Origin: Omnitrophica WOR_2 bacterium RIFOXYA2_FULL_38_17
Lineage (GTDB): Bacteria; Omnitrophota; Gorgyraeia; Zapsychrales; Zapsychraceae
Direction of reading: 5' to 3'
Assembly (NCBI GenBank): GCA_001805965.1
Contig: MHHG01000018.1
Coordinates: 4,306 to 65,969 of the forward strand
DNA length: 61,664 nucleotides
A program made the translations under genes and the position numbers. The notes beneath the pieces are model-generated. The model saw only the letters and a program-made list of their open reading frames with translations. It did no database searches and had not been told where the DNA came from. Positions 54,244 to 61,664 of the stretch are shown piece after piece (position 1 is the stretch's first letter; each line of letters opens with the position of its first letter).

Positions 54244-55146
54244 ATGAAAAAGAAAGTCATTTTAGGGATCATCGCCGGGGTTATTGTTCTTGCCGGGATA
54301 ATAGCGTCCCTGCAGACATATTCCCAAAAGGTATTACAATCAAGAGTAAGGGATGCCTCTGTGTACCTTAACAAAGAAGCAGTTGTTGCAAGCCAGTATG
54401 AACCGTATTATCTGGATACTGCATCTCAAGCGCCGGTGCCGACAAAGGCTATTGATAAGCAGGGTGAAGCTGTTGTTCCAAGAAAGATAATTCGTTCGGC
54501 AAGCATGGACCTGAAAGTCAAAGATTGTGAGGAAGCCGGCGCTTCGATACGTATGCTAGCCCAGAAGAATAATGGTTATGTCGTTAATTCAAATATTTAC
54601 CGAAATTCAGACGGGTCAAAATATGGCCACACTGAGATCAAAGTGCCTCCGAGCAATTTTTTTGGCGTCCTGACATTGCTTAAAGGTGTTGGCGAGGTAA
54701 ATAATGAAAGCATTAATGGCGAGGATGTAACAGAGGAATTTGTCGACCTTCAGGCAAGATTGAACAATTCAATTAAGGTGCGCGACCGTTTGTACAGGAT
54801 TCTGGATGAGCAGGCAAGGGAAGTGAAAGATATACTTGAAGTCGAAAGAGAGCTTGCCCGTTTGGGAGAGAAGATAGAAACGATCGAAGGCCGCATGAAA
54901 TTCATTAACAGGAAAGTGGATCTTGCGACCATAACTGTCAGTTATTCTGAGCCACGATCGCTTGTATTAGGGACCTTTGATGTTAAAAATAGATTCGTTG
55001 AAACGATAAGGACGGCAATAGAGGCGTTCATTAATGTTTCAAATGGTATTATCATTGTTCTTTCGGCGCTTGCCCCTGTCGTTGTCTGGGCATTGCTCAT
55101 ATGGGCGGTTATTGTAGGTATTACAAAGGCGAGAAAGAAGAAGTAA
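54244..55146 (+). CDS. DUF4349-like membrane-anchored protein
   Basis: N-terminal TM helix, central coiled coil (VDLQARLNNSIKVRDRLYRIL...ELARLGEKIETIEGRM) and a C-terminal TM pair, as in DUF4349. Confidence 0.6.
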   Translation: MKKKVILGIIAGVIVLAGIIASLQTYSQKVLQSRVRDASVYLNKEAVVASQYEPYYLDTASQAPVPTKAIDKQGEAVVPRKIIRSASMDLKVKDCEEAGASIRMLAQKNNGYVVNSNIYRNSDGSKYGHTEIKVPPSNFFGVLTLLKGVGEVNNESINGEDVTEEFVDLQARLNNSIKVRDRLYRILDEQAREVKDILEVERELARLGEKIETIEGRMKFINRKVDLATITVSYSEPRSLVLGTFDVKNRFVETIRTAIEAFINVSNGIIIVLSALAPVVVWALLIWAVIVGITKARKKK

Positions 55147-55246
55147 GAAGGCTTTTATAGGGGAAGTTTTGAAGCCTGAAAATTTATCAATCACAAAGGG
55201 CGCCTTCCGGGTGGCGAATTCATATAAAGCGTCCCAGCACCTGGTG

Positions 55247-56854
55247 TCATTTTCTTTTTAATATCATTGTCCCGTGGTTCCACGCCCATCCGGGCTCATT
55301 GACCCAGTCGCCGTAGCGGACAACTTCCAAGAAATTATCGTTTATATATTTATGAAGTATCGGGCAGTATGTTTTGCCGAAGATGCCCATCCCTTTTTTA
55401 TCTAAAGACATCCTGCTTGATAAAACCACCCAATTAACGTTTTTTTCTTCAAGCTCTTTAATGATCTTTTCTTCCTGCTTGGTAGGAATATTTATGTGTT
55501 CAAAGAATATCAGCTGGCGCGTAGGGCTTTTTTTGTCCGTGAGATAGTGATAAAGAGTATCGTAAGGGAGAGCGAAGAACGTTTCGTCTTCCTTAAGATT
55601 GCTTTTGAGGAACTCGGTTGTCTGAAAAACCGTGTACTTCCATTGAGGAGGGTTTATGGTAAATACTTTCGTTCGCTCGACAGGCATATAGTTGATCGGG
55701 ACCTTCAGCGCCTTCATCATAAGGTTGTGGTTGGAGAATATCATTGTGAGACAGAATAAAATGCCAAAGATAAGCAAATTACTCACGAATTTTGAAAGCA
55801 TGCCTGCTGCAAAAGCAATTATAAGGAACGTAAGCATTATGCTAAAAGGCTGTGCCCAGAACATCCTGTAATAAACGCCGCTTGAAATAAATTCGTGAAG
55901 GTTTAAAATATAAAAAAACAAAAGGATACCAAAAGCTATAGCCACCTTTTTGTTAACAGCGAAAAATCCTTTTGTTGCTTTTATCGCCAGGATTATCTGT
56001 AGGATAGAAATTGAGATTATGCTTACGATGAACATGTTCCCCAGGTTCTGTGACAAATGGAATTTATTGATGTCGATGAAAAGCTTCAAGGCCTCTAAGA
56101 GTGAAACATTGTAAGGGTGGTCTGATCTCATATATGGAAGGCATTGCCTTATCGCATAGACAGGAAGCTTGTGCAGCAAAAGAAAATATATCGAAAAGAC
56201 GCAGGCAGGAAGTATTATCAGAGATGTCAGGTAGTATCCTGCTTTTTTTGCGTCAATTGGCTTGCCGTTTAGCCTGTCGATAAACAGGACTGCGACCGTA
56301 ATCCCGATCAGATTGCACAGCCCGAAGTTGACCTTGATCAGGCAGGCAAGGAAAATGCTTATTAGAGCAAAGTAAAGGTGCCTTGTTCGCTGGTAATTTA
56401 AATACAGAAGAAGGCAGTATGTTGCAGCTATTATTGCCGCTACGCCGCCTGCGTGGTTAAAGGTGAAGAAGAAATCCTTGTAGGTCAGAAAATACCAGGC
56501 AGCTGCGAGAAAAGATATCAATGGTTTTGCGTACAGGTTAAGAGATAAATAAATGAAAACTCCGGATATCATTATAAGGAAGATCTTGCCAACCATAAGG
56601 CTTGGAATGGTCACGCCAAAGGCCTTAAAAAATGATCCGTAATAATACGGCATGAGGGGGCCGTAGACCCACCAGTAATCCTGATAAGGGAGATCGCCTT
56701 CATAGGCTCTGGAAAACGCGTAAAGGTCTCTTCCGTGGTCACCCTGTGAAATATAGGGAAGGTAATCTATCTGAGGATAAAAAATGAAAAGACCGGCCAG
56801 GAGCGTTAATATAAGGAAAAGTGTTTTACTGTTCTTTGTTAAATAATTTATCAT
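55247..56854 (-). CDS. polytopic membrane protein, possible GT-C-type glycosyltransferase (paralogue A)
   Basis: 535 aa, at least 10 TM helices, first-loop motif QGDHGRDLYAF.RAYEGDLPYQDYWW.YGPL, soluble C-terminal domain. Confidence 0.55.
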   Translation of the reverse strand: MINYLTKNSKTLFLILTLLAGLFIFYPQIDYLPYISQGDHGRDLYAFSRAYEGDLPYQDYWWVYGPLMPYYYGSFFKAFGVTIPSLMVGKIFLIMISGVFIYLSLNLYAKPLISFLAAAWYFLTYKDFFFTFNHAGGVAAIIAATYCLLLYLNYQRTRHLYFALISIFLACLIKVNFGLCNLIGITVAVLFIDRLNGKPIDAKKAGYYLTSLIILPACVFSIYFLLLHKLPVYAIRQCLPYMRSDHPYNVSLLEALKLFIDINKFHLSQNLGNMFIVSIISISILQIILAIKATKGFFAVNKKVAIAFGILLFFYILNLHEFISSGVYYRMFWAQPFSIMLTFLIIAFAAGMLSKFVSNLLIFGILFCLTMIFSNHNLMMKALKVPINYMPVERTKVFTINPPQWKYTVFQTTEFLKSNLKEDETFFALPYDTLYHYLTDKKSPTRQLIFFEHINIPTKQEEKIIKELEEKNVNWVVLSSRMSLDKKGMGIFGKTYCPILHKYINDNFLEVVRYGDWVNEPGWAWNHGTMILKRK

Positions 56855-56916
56855 GATAATATTTCCTGCAGGTTAATAATACATTGATTCTATTCTTATT
56901 ATAAGTGGCGGGCAAC

Positions 56917-58524
56917 TCATTTTCTTCTCAATATCCTTATCCCGTGCTTAGATGCCCATCCGGGCTCATTCTTCCAGTCTCCGAATTGAGCGGCTAATTT
57001 AAAATTATCCTTGATATATTTGCCTATTAATGCGCAGTGGGTCTTTCCGAAAATGCCAAGCCCGTTCTCGCGGGAGTTTGAGCGACTGGAGATAAGGACC
57101 CAATTGATCTTCTGCTCTTCCAGCTCGCTGATAATTTTTTCCTCCTGTTCGGCAGGGATATTCATGTATTCAAAGAAGATGATCTGTCGGGTCGGGCTTT
57201 TTCTTCCTGTTAAATAATAATATAGGGGATCATAGGGAAGGGCGAAGAAAGTTTCGTTGCTTTTTAAATTGTTTTTGAGAAAAGATGTTGTATTCTTGAC
57301 CGTGTCCTTCCAATCAGCAGGGTTGATCGTAAAGATATTTGTTCTATCCAAAGAGAGAAAATTTTCCGGGATTTTATTTTTGTGGCATATAAATGACCTG
57401 TCTATAGCGACAAGAATAGAAAAGAAGGCAATTCCTATCGATAGAAGAGTGCTTATGAAAAAAGAGGTTCTTTTGATAGCGGTTGAAACAAAAAAGAACA
57501 TTAATAGGACAGCAAATGGAATTGCCCATAAAAGCCTGTATTTCACTCCGCTAAACAGGAATTCATGAGTGTTGATAATGCAGAAACCTAATAATATTAT
57601 TGCTGTCATACAGTTTTTACGCTTGAGCAATCTATCAGGTTCGCTTGTCCTTTTGTACGGGACCATCTGCATAATTGAAAACGCAATAATAGCAGAGAAG
57701 AACAGAATGGCCGGATTAAGGAGGGCTGCAGGGTTTATTTTTTTGAATATAAGGTTTAGAGCTGAGAGAACAGAAATATTGCAAAATTGGTCAGAAGAAA
57801 GATATGGCAGACATTGATTTATTTCGTAAAGAGTCAAATTGTGCAGAAGGAAGAAATAAACACCAAAGACACAAAGGGGTACAGCTAATAACGATATTGC
57901 ATAGAATTTCTTTTTTTGATTATCCAGTGGTCTATTGTACAAGGAATCTATCAGCAGAACAGAAATAGCTAAACCGATCAGATTGCATATTCCAAAGTTT
58001 ATCTTTATTAAACAAAGAAGAAAGATGCTTATTAAGGATAAATAGAGATAGCGTATCTTGGGGTTCTTGAAATAAAGTAGCAGGCAAAAGAGAAAGTATG
58101 ATATGGCGGCAATTCCTGCTGCATGGTTGAATGTAAAATAGAAAAATGGATAGTATGCAAAAAAGAACAGGGCGCCTGAGAAGGCTAAAAGTGGTCCGGA
58201 AAATGTGCTTACAGCAAAATAAATGAAGAGCCCGGAAGCCAGGATCAAAACTAATTCTGCAAAAAGAATGCTGGTCAGGTCTGTCCCGAGAAGTTTGAAA
58301 AAGGCTCCATAATAGTAGGGCGTTAGAGGCCCGTACTCCCACCAATAATCCTGGTAGGGAAGGTCCCCTTCATAGGCTCTTGCAAAAGCATACAAGTCTC
58401 TCCCATGGTCTCCCTGTGCGATGTAATCCAGATAGTTGACCTGTGGAAAAAACAGTAAAAGCCCAATAAGTACTGTTAAGAGGGCCAGAAAAGCTTTGAT
58501 ATTGTTTTTTAAAAAAGGTATCAC
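56917..58524 (-). CDS. polytopic membrane protein, possible GT-C-type glycosyltransferase (paralogue B)
   Basis: Also 535 aa and colinear with paralogue A, including identical motif blocks. Confidence 0.55.
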   Translation of the reverse strand: MIPFLKNNIKAFLALLTVLIGLLLFFPQVNYLDYIAQGDHGRDLYAFARAYEGDLPYQDYWWEYGPLTPYYYGAFFKLLGTDLTSILFAELVLILASGLFIYFAVSTFSGPLLAFSGALFFFAYYPFFYFTFNHAAGIAAISYFLFCLLLYFKNPKIRYLYLSLISIFLLCLIKINFGICNLIGLAISVLLIDSLYNRPLDNQKKKFYAISLLAVPLCVFGVYFFLLHNLTLYEINQCLPYLSSDQFCNISVLSALNLIFKKINPAALLNPAILFFSAIIAFSIMQMVPYKRTSEPDRLLKRKNCMTAIILLGFCIINTHEFLFSGVKYRLLWAIPFAVLLMFFFVSTAIKRTSFFISTLLSIGIAFFSILVAIDRSFICHKNKIPENFLSLDRTNIFTINPADWKDTVKNTTSFLKNNLKSNETFFALPYDPLYYYLTGRKSPTRQIIFFEYMNIPAEQEEKIISELEEQKINWVLISSRSNSRENGLGIFGKTHCALIGKYIKDNFKLAAQFGDWKNEPGWASKHGIRILRRK

Positions 58525-58773
58525 GTTCTTTAGTATTGCTCAATTGATCGTATTGTTATAAAGTGCGCATCAAGACGTGGAGAGTTGAGAGAATTTCATT
58601 TATGCTATCATCCTATTATATGTAGATTGGCAGAGCAACCTATTTTATGTAATTTTGGACAGGAGCAGCAAGATGTGATAGTATTTAGCCTATAAGATTT
58701 GGGGTAACATAGTATTAATAATCGAGTGCCTAATGATATATAGGCATGGGCAAGTTAAGCAAGGATCAAAAAA

Positions 58774-59097
58774 ATGGCAACAATTGAAGATTTTATGAGG
58801 ATCCAGATGGTTACTGCAGAGATCAAGGAAGTCGCGGACCATCCAAACGCGGACAGGCTTTATGTCCTTAAAGTTGATCTAGGCGAAGAGCAGCCTCGCC
58901 AGATAGTCGCGGGAATTAGAAAGTCCTATCAAAAAGAGGAACTTGTTGGTAAAAGAATTATTGTGATCAAGAACCTTGAGCCGGCGGTAATTCGAGGCGA
59001 AGAATCACAAGGGATGCTTTTGGCTGCAGCAGGAGAGAACGGCCCGGTCATTTTAACTCCGGAAAAAGATGTCCCGATAGGTAGCCAGGTACGATAA
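58774..59097 (+). CDS. csaA: tRNA-binding domain protein (CsaA/EMAP-like)
   Basis: VTAEIKEVADHPNADRLYVLKVDLGEE.RQIVAGI...LVGKRIIVIKNLEPAVIRGEESQGMLLAA. Confidence 0.8.
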   Translation: MATIEDFMRIQMVTAEIKEVADHPNADRLYVLKVDLGEEQPRQIVAGIRKSYQKEELVGKRIIVIKNLEPAVIRGEESQGMLLAAAGENGPVILTPEKDVPIGSQVR

Positions 59098-59112
59098 ACA
59101 AGGCAGGTCATT

Positions 59113-59529
59113 ATGGCAGTTATCACAGAATATATTCGGTTTTCTTCTAAAGGCAATGCCCACGTGATTGATTTGACCCCTGAGATCAGCGATAAATTGG
59201 GAAAATTAGATATTAAGGACGGTATAGTGACAGTAAGCGCCATAGGTTCAACAGCGAGCATAACCACTTGCGAATATGAGCCGGGATTGGTGCAGGATAT
59301 TCCTGAAATATTTGACAAGCTTATCCCTGAAGTAAGTTATAACCATGATAAAACATGGGGTGATGGTAACGGGCATTCCCATCTAAGGGCTTCTTTGGTC
59401 GGGCCTTCAATAACCGTACCTTTTAAGGATAAAGAGCTGATATTGGGGACGTGGCAGCAAGTGATCTTTATTGATTTTGATAACCGTAACCGAAACAGAA
59501 AAGTTGTTTTACAATTTATAGGAGAATAA
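59113..59529 (+). CDS. yjbQ: YjbQ/UPF0047 family protein (secondary thiamine-phosphate synthase-like)
   Basis: GNGHSHLRASLVGPSITVPF...LGTWQQVIFIDFD. Confidence 0.8.
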   Translation: MAVITEYIRFSSKGNAHVIDLTPEISDKLGKLDIKDGIVTVSAIGSTASITTCEYEPGLVQDIPEIFDKLIPEVSYNHDKTWGDGNGHSHLRASLVGPSITVPFKDKELILGTWQQVIFIDFDNRNRNRKVVLQFIGE

Positions 59530-59531
59530 TA

Positions 59532-60020
59532 ATGATAGGATCTTTCCCACAATTTGTAACACAAGAAGTATGCTTGGCATGTAACGGTTGTTGCAGGTTT
59601 AGCGGGCCTAATTCCTGCTGGAGGCCAAAGGTATTAAAAAGGGAGAATTTTCCCGAATTTAAAGGGCATTTAACAGATGATAATTATATAAAAACGCTTA
59701 AATATAAGGATGCTGTAAAATGCAGTTTTTTTTATGAGATAGAGAACAAGTGCAAAGTATATCCGATACGGCCCTTCGAATGTCATTTGTATCCTTTTCT
59801 GCTCGAGAAAAAAGGCGACAATATTTTATTAGGCGTTCATTTGGCCTGTCCTTATGTCCAGGACCACAGGGGCGACAAGGAGTTTGATAAGTACGTTGAT
59901 TATTTAAAGGATTTCTTTTTGGGCGGAGAGGCAAAGGAGTTGCTGGGGGATTATACCAAGATCGCAAATGATTATTCAAAGCACGAAAAAGAGATAGAGG
60001 ATCTTTACATTTTTGGTTGA
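59532..60020 (+). CDS. YkgJ-family cysteine-cluster protein
   Basis: CLACNGCCRF...C...C.VY..RP.EC..YPF pattern. Confidence 0.65.
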   Translation: MIGSFPQFVTQEVCLACNGCCRFSGPNSCWRPKVLKRENFPEFKGHLTDDNYIKTLKYKDAVKCSFFYEIENKCKVYPIRPFECHLYPFLLEKKGDNILLGVHLACPYVQDHRGDKEFDKYVDYLKDFFLGGEAKELLGDYTKIANDYSKHEKEIEDLYIFG

Positions 60021-60925
60021 TGATGTTAAAAACGTGTCCTGAAATTTTTGAGAAAAAAGAGATAATTGAAAACTATTTAAGGCGGCAGAACAGCCCTCTT
60101 TCTGCCTATTCTTTTGTCAGCATCTTTGCGTGGAGCGAGTTCTTTAAGTTTGATGTCGAACTGATAGATGAATGCCTTTGTATCTTTGCTGAAAATGAGC
60201 TTGGGTCTTTTATGTTCCTGCCACCCTTAGGTGAGACATTGAACGGCTCAGTTATATCCAAAAGCTTTAAGAGGATGGCTAAGGTAAACGGTGCAGGCAA
60301 TGTAACAAGGATAGAGAATGCAGGCATGCGGCATCTGCAGCACTTTTCTTCGGACAGGTTTTCATTTTATAAGAAGCATTATGAGTACCTTTATTTCAAG
60401 GATAATATCGCTGATCTATCGGGAAGCAAGTTCAAATCAAAAAGGTCTGCCTACAATAATTTTGTGAAAAATAATGATTTCAGCTTTGTTCCTTTTGACT
60501 CATCTTTAAGGAATGAGTGCCTTGAGCTTTATGACCGCTGGGCGATCGGCAGAAAGAGCGGGTCGGGCCAAGAAGCAAGGGACCAGATGCTTGATGAATG
60601 CCGCGAGGTCAACAGGCTGCTTCTTGATAATTTTGATGCTTTGGGTTTGATTGTAAGGGTTGTATTGACCGACGGTAAAGTGAGAGCTTACACTTTCGGA
60701 TTTGAAGTGACCGCGCTGGTGTTTTGCGTATTTTCGGAAATAGTTGACCTTGAAGTCAGCGGCTTATCGGTATTTATCTTTAATGAGTTTTGCAAGGATA
60801 AGGCGTTAAAGCAGTACAAGTTCATTAACGTTATGGATGATTTTGAACTTGAAAATATCGGAAGAACAAAAATGTCGTTCAGTCCAACAGTGCTTCTGGA
60901 CTCTTATACGATATCATTAAAATAG
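60017..60925 (+). CDS. DUF2156-like protein (acyltransferase-fold, LysX C-terminal-like)
   Basis: SAYSFVSIFAWSEFFKF N-terminal pattern and a length near 300 aa. This is a weak recognition. Confidence 0.45.
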   Translation: MMMLKTCPEIFEKKEIIENYLRRQNSPLSAYSFVSIFAWSEFFKFDVELIDECLCIFAENELGSFMFLPPLGETLNGSVISKSFKRMAKVNGAGNVTRIENAGMRHLQHFSSDRFSFYKKHYEYLYFKDNIADLSGSKFKSKRSAYNNFVKNNDFSFVPFDSSLRNECLELYDRWAIGRKSGSGQEARDQMLDECREVNRLLLDNFDALGLIVRVVLTDGKVRAYTFGFEVTALVFCVFSEIVDLEVSGLSVFIFNEFCKDKALKQYKFINVMDDFELENIGRTKMSFSPTVLLDSYTISLK

Positions 60926-60939
60926 AAAGTTTTAAGATA

Positions 60940-61664
60940 ATGGGGATCTACAGTACAGATTTCGTAATATTCGACGTAGAAACAACAGGCCTTTCTCCTC
61001 AGTTCGGCGACAGGATAATAGAGATGGCTGCGTTAAAGATCCGTGATCAAAAGATAATAGGCCGCTTTGAAACCCTGATAGACCCTCAAAGAGAAGTGTC
61101 TTTTGCTGCTTATGCGGTCAACGGGATCTCTGATGAAATGCTGATCGGCGCGCCCCTGGCGTCTGAGGTCCTGCCTGATTTTATCAGGTTCATAGAAGGC
61201 TGCGTCATCGTCGGGCACAACGTCAAGTTTGATATGAAGTTCCTGAACAATGAGCTTAAGCTTGCAGGTTTGCCCCAGCGTGATCTCCAGAGGACCATTG
61301 ATACTGTTAAGATGTCTAGAGGAATGATCCCCGAGCTGGGCAAATATTCGCTTGCAACGGTATCGGATTTCATGGGTATCAAAAATGTGCAAAAACACAG
61401 GGCTATGGCGGATGTCGAGATGACCAGCAAGGTGTTCTTGCATTTACTGCAGATGGCAGCAAAAAGAAGGATATGCTCGCTTTCTATAATAGAGAGCCTT
61501 TTTGGGCCAAACAAAATAGTTAAACAGCATAAAAGGACAAAGCTCAAAGAGATACAAAGGGCCTTGGATGAAAAAGCTAACCTGGAGCTCATGTATATTG
61601 GAAACAGTAGCGGCGCGAGCATAAGAGAAGTAACGCCTTCTAAGATCTTAGGAACCGGCAAGGC
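60940..61664 (+). CDS. DnaQ-like DEDDh 3'-5' exonuclease (3' end outside window)
   Basis: Translated by hand; it is not in the ORF track because no stop lies in the window. MGIYSTDFVIFDVETTGL (Exo I), VGHNVKFDMKFL (Exo II), HRAMADVEM (Exo III). The frame stays open to base 61664. Confidence 0.8.
   Translation, partial: MGIYSTDFVIFDVETTGLSPQFGDRIIEMAALKIRDQKIIGRFETLIDPQREVSFAAYAVNGISDEMLIGAPLASEVLPDFIRFIEGCVIVGHNVKFDMKFLNNELKLAGLPQRDLQRTIDTVKMSRGMIPELGKYSLATVSDFMGIKNVQKHRAMADVEMTSKVFLHLLQMAAKRRICSLSIIESLFGPNKIVKQHKRTKLKEIQRALDEKANLELMYIGNSSGASIREVTPSKILGTGK

Noticed and set aside
61033-61661. Two long minus-strand ORFs in the track (61033-61443 and 61110-61661).
   Set aside because: The plus strand in the same region encodes a clear DnaQ-like exonuclease with Exo I/II/III motifs, open to the window end. 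The minus-strand ORFs have no recognisable features and are antisense shadows.
1-61664. CRISPR arrays, rRNA genes and retron-like RT/ncRNA loci.
   Set aside because: I scanned the intergenic regions for regularly spaced 25-40 bp direct repeats and for RT motifs (YxDD) and found none. The only regularly recurring element is the GCTAACA junction motif, which is dispersed rather than arrayed.

Overview
Bacterial chromosome window, low to moderate GC, standard genetic code. All family calls come from motif recognition by eye; no searches were run. The gene content (V-type ATPase in the order E-DUF2764-A-B-D-I-K, a PEP-CTERM protein, a membrane-fused spermidine synthase) suggests an uncultivated PVC/Omnitrophota-like lineage, but this is inference only.

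Layout:
- 1-8.9 kb, core genes: pyrD (5' partial), pyrF, a seven-gene V-type ATPase operon, tRNA-Val(TAC), tRNA-Asp(GTC) and a terminator.
- About 8.9-45.5 kb, accessory island, visibly more AT-rich and starting directly after tRNA-Asp.
  - Mobility genes: a large serine recombinase with its DUF2924 partner, an excisionase-type HTH gene killed by an in-frame TGA, a pseudo-receiver plus XRE-cupin regulator pair, and an IS110-family element.
  - Exported proteins: a PEP-CTERM/HAF-repeat protein and a translationally coupled operon of exported lipoproteins with an M48 peptidase and an SNase.
  - Putative conflict/defence modules, in order: a Swt1-like HEPN protein; an HsdR-less methyltransferase (N-terminal PD-(D/E)xK) plus HsdS pair with an embedded HEPN gene; a DndD-like ATPase plus DndE::HerA-like fusion ATPase with no DndA/DndC; an NDT/TIR-like protein; ParB-methyltransferase with small and large terminase-like genes; a Ser1 proteasome-like Ntn hydrolase; a PD-(D/E)xK plus beta-CASP MBL pair; a zinc ribbon, DUF4062 and DUF2130 cluster; two decayed DUF488 genes; and a truncated sigma-like gene.
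- 45.7-61.7 kb, core-like genes: secreted proteins, SRAP/YedK, a polyamine operon (speH and membrane-fused speE), umuDC, DUF4349, two tandem 535-aa membrane paralogues, csaA-like, yjbQ, ykgJ-like, DUF2156, and a 3'-partial DnaQ-like exonuclease that is missing from the ORF track.

Most interesting observations:
- The DndD/DndE-HerA module, which lacks any sulfur-incorporation genes.
- A recurring GCTAACA-N4-GCTAACA junction motif with 11-bp phasing that marks module boundaries and brackets the 8-kb R-M/Dnd-like block.
- The Ser1 proteasome-like hydrolase next to a nuclease pair.
- The zinc ribbon/DUF4062/DUF2130 cluster.
- A candidate bridge/seek RNA region 3' of the IS110 recombinase.

No CRISPR array or rRNA gene was seen.
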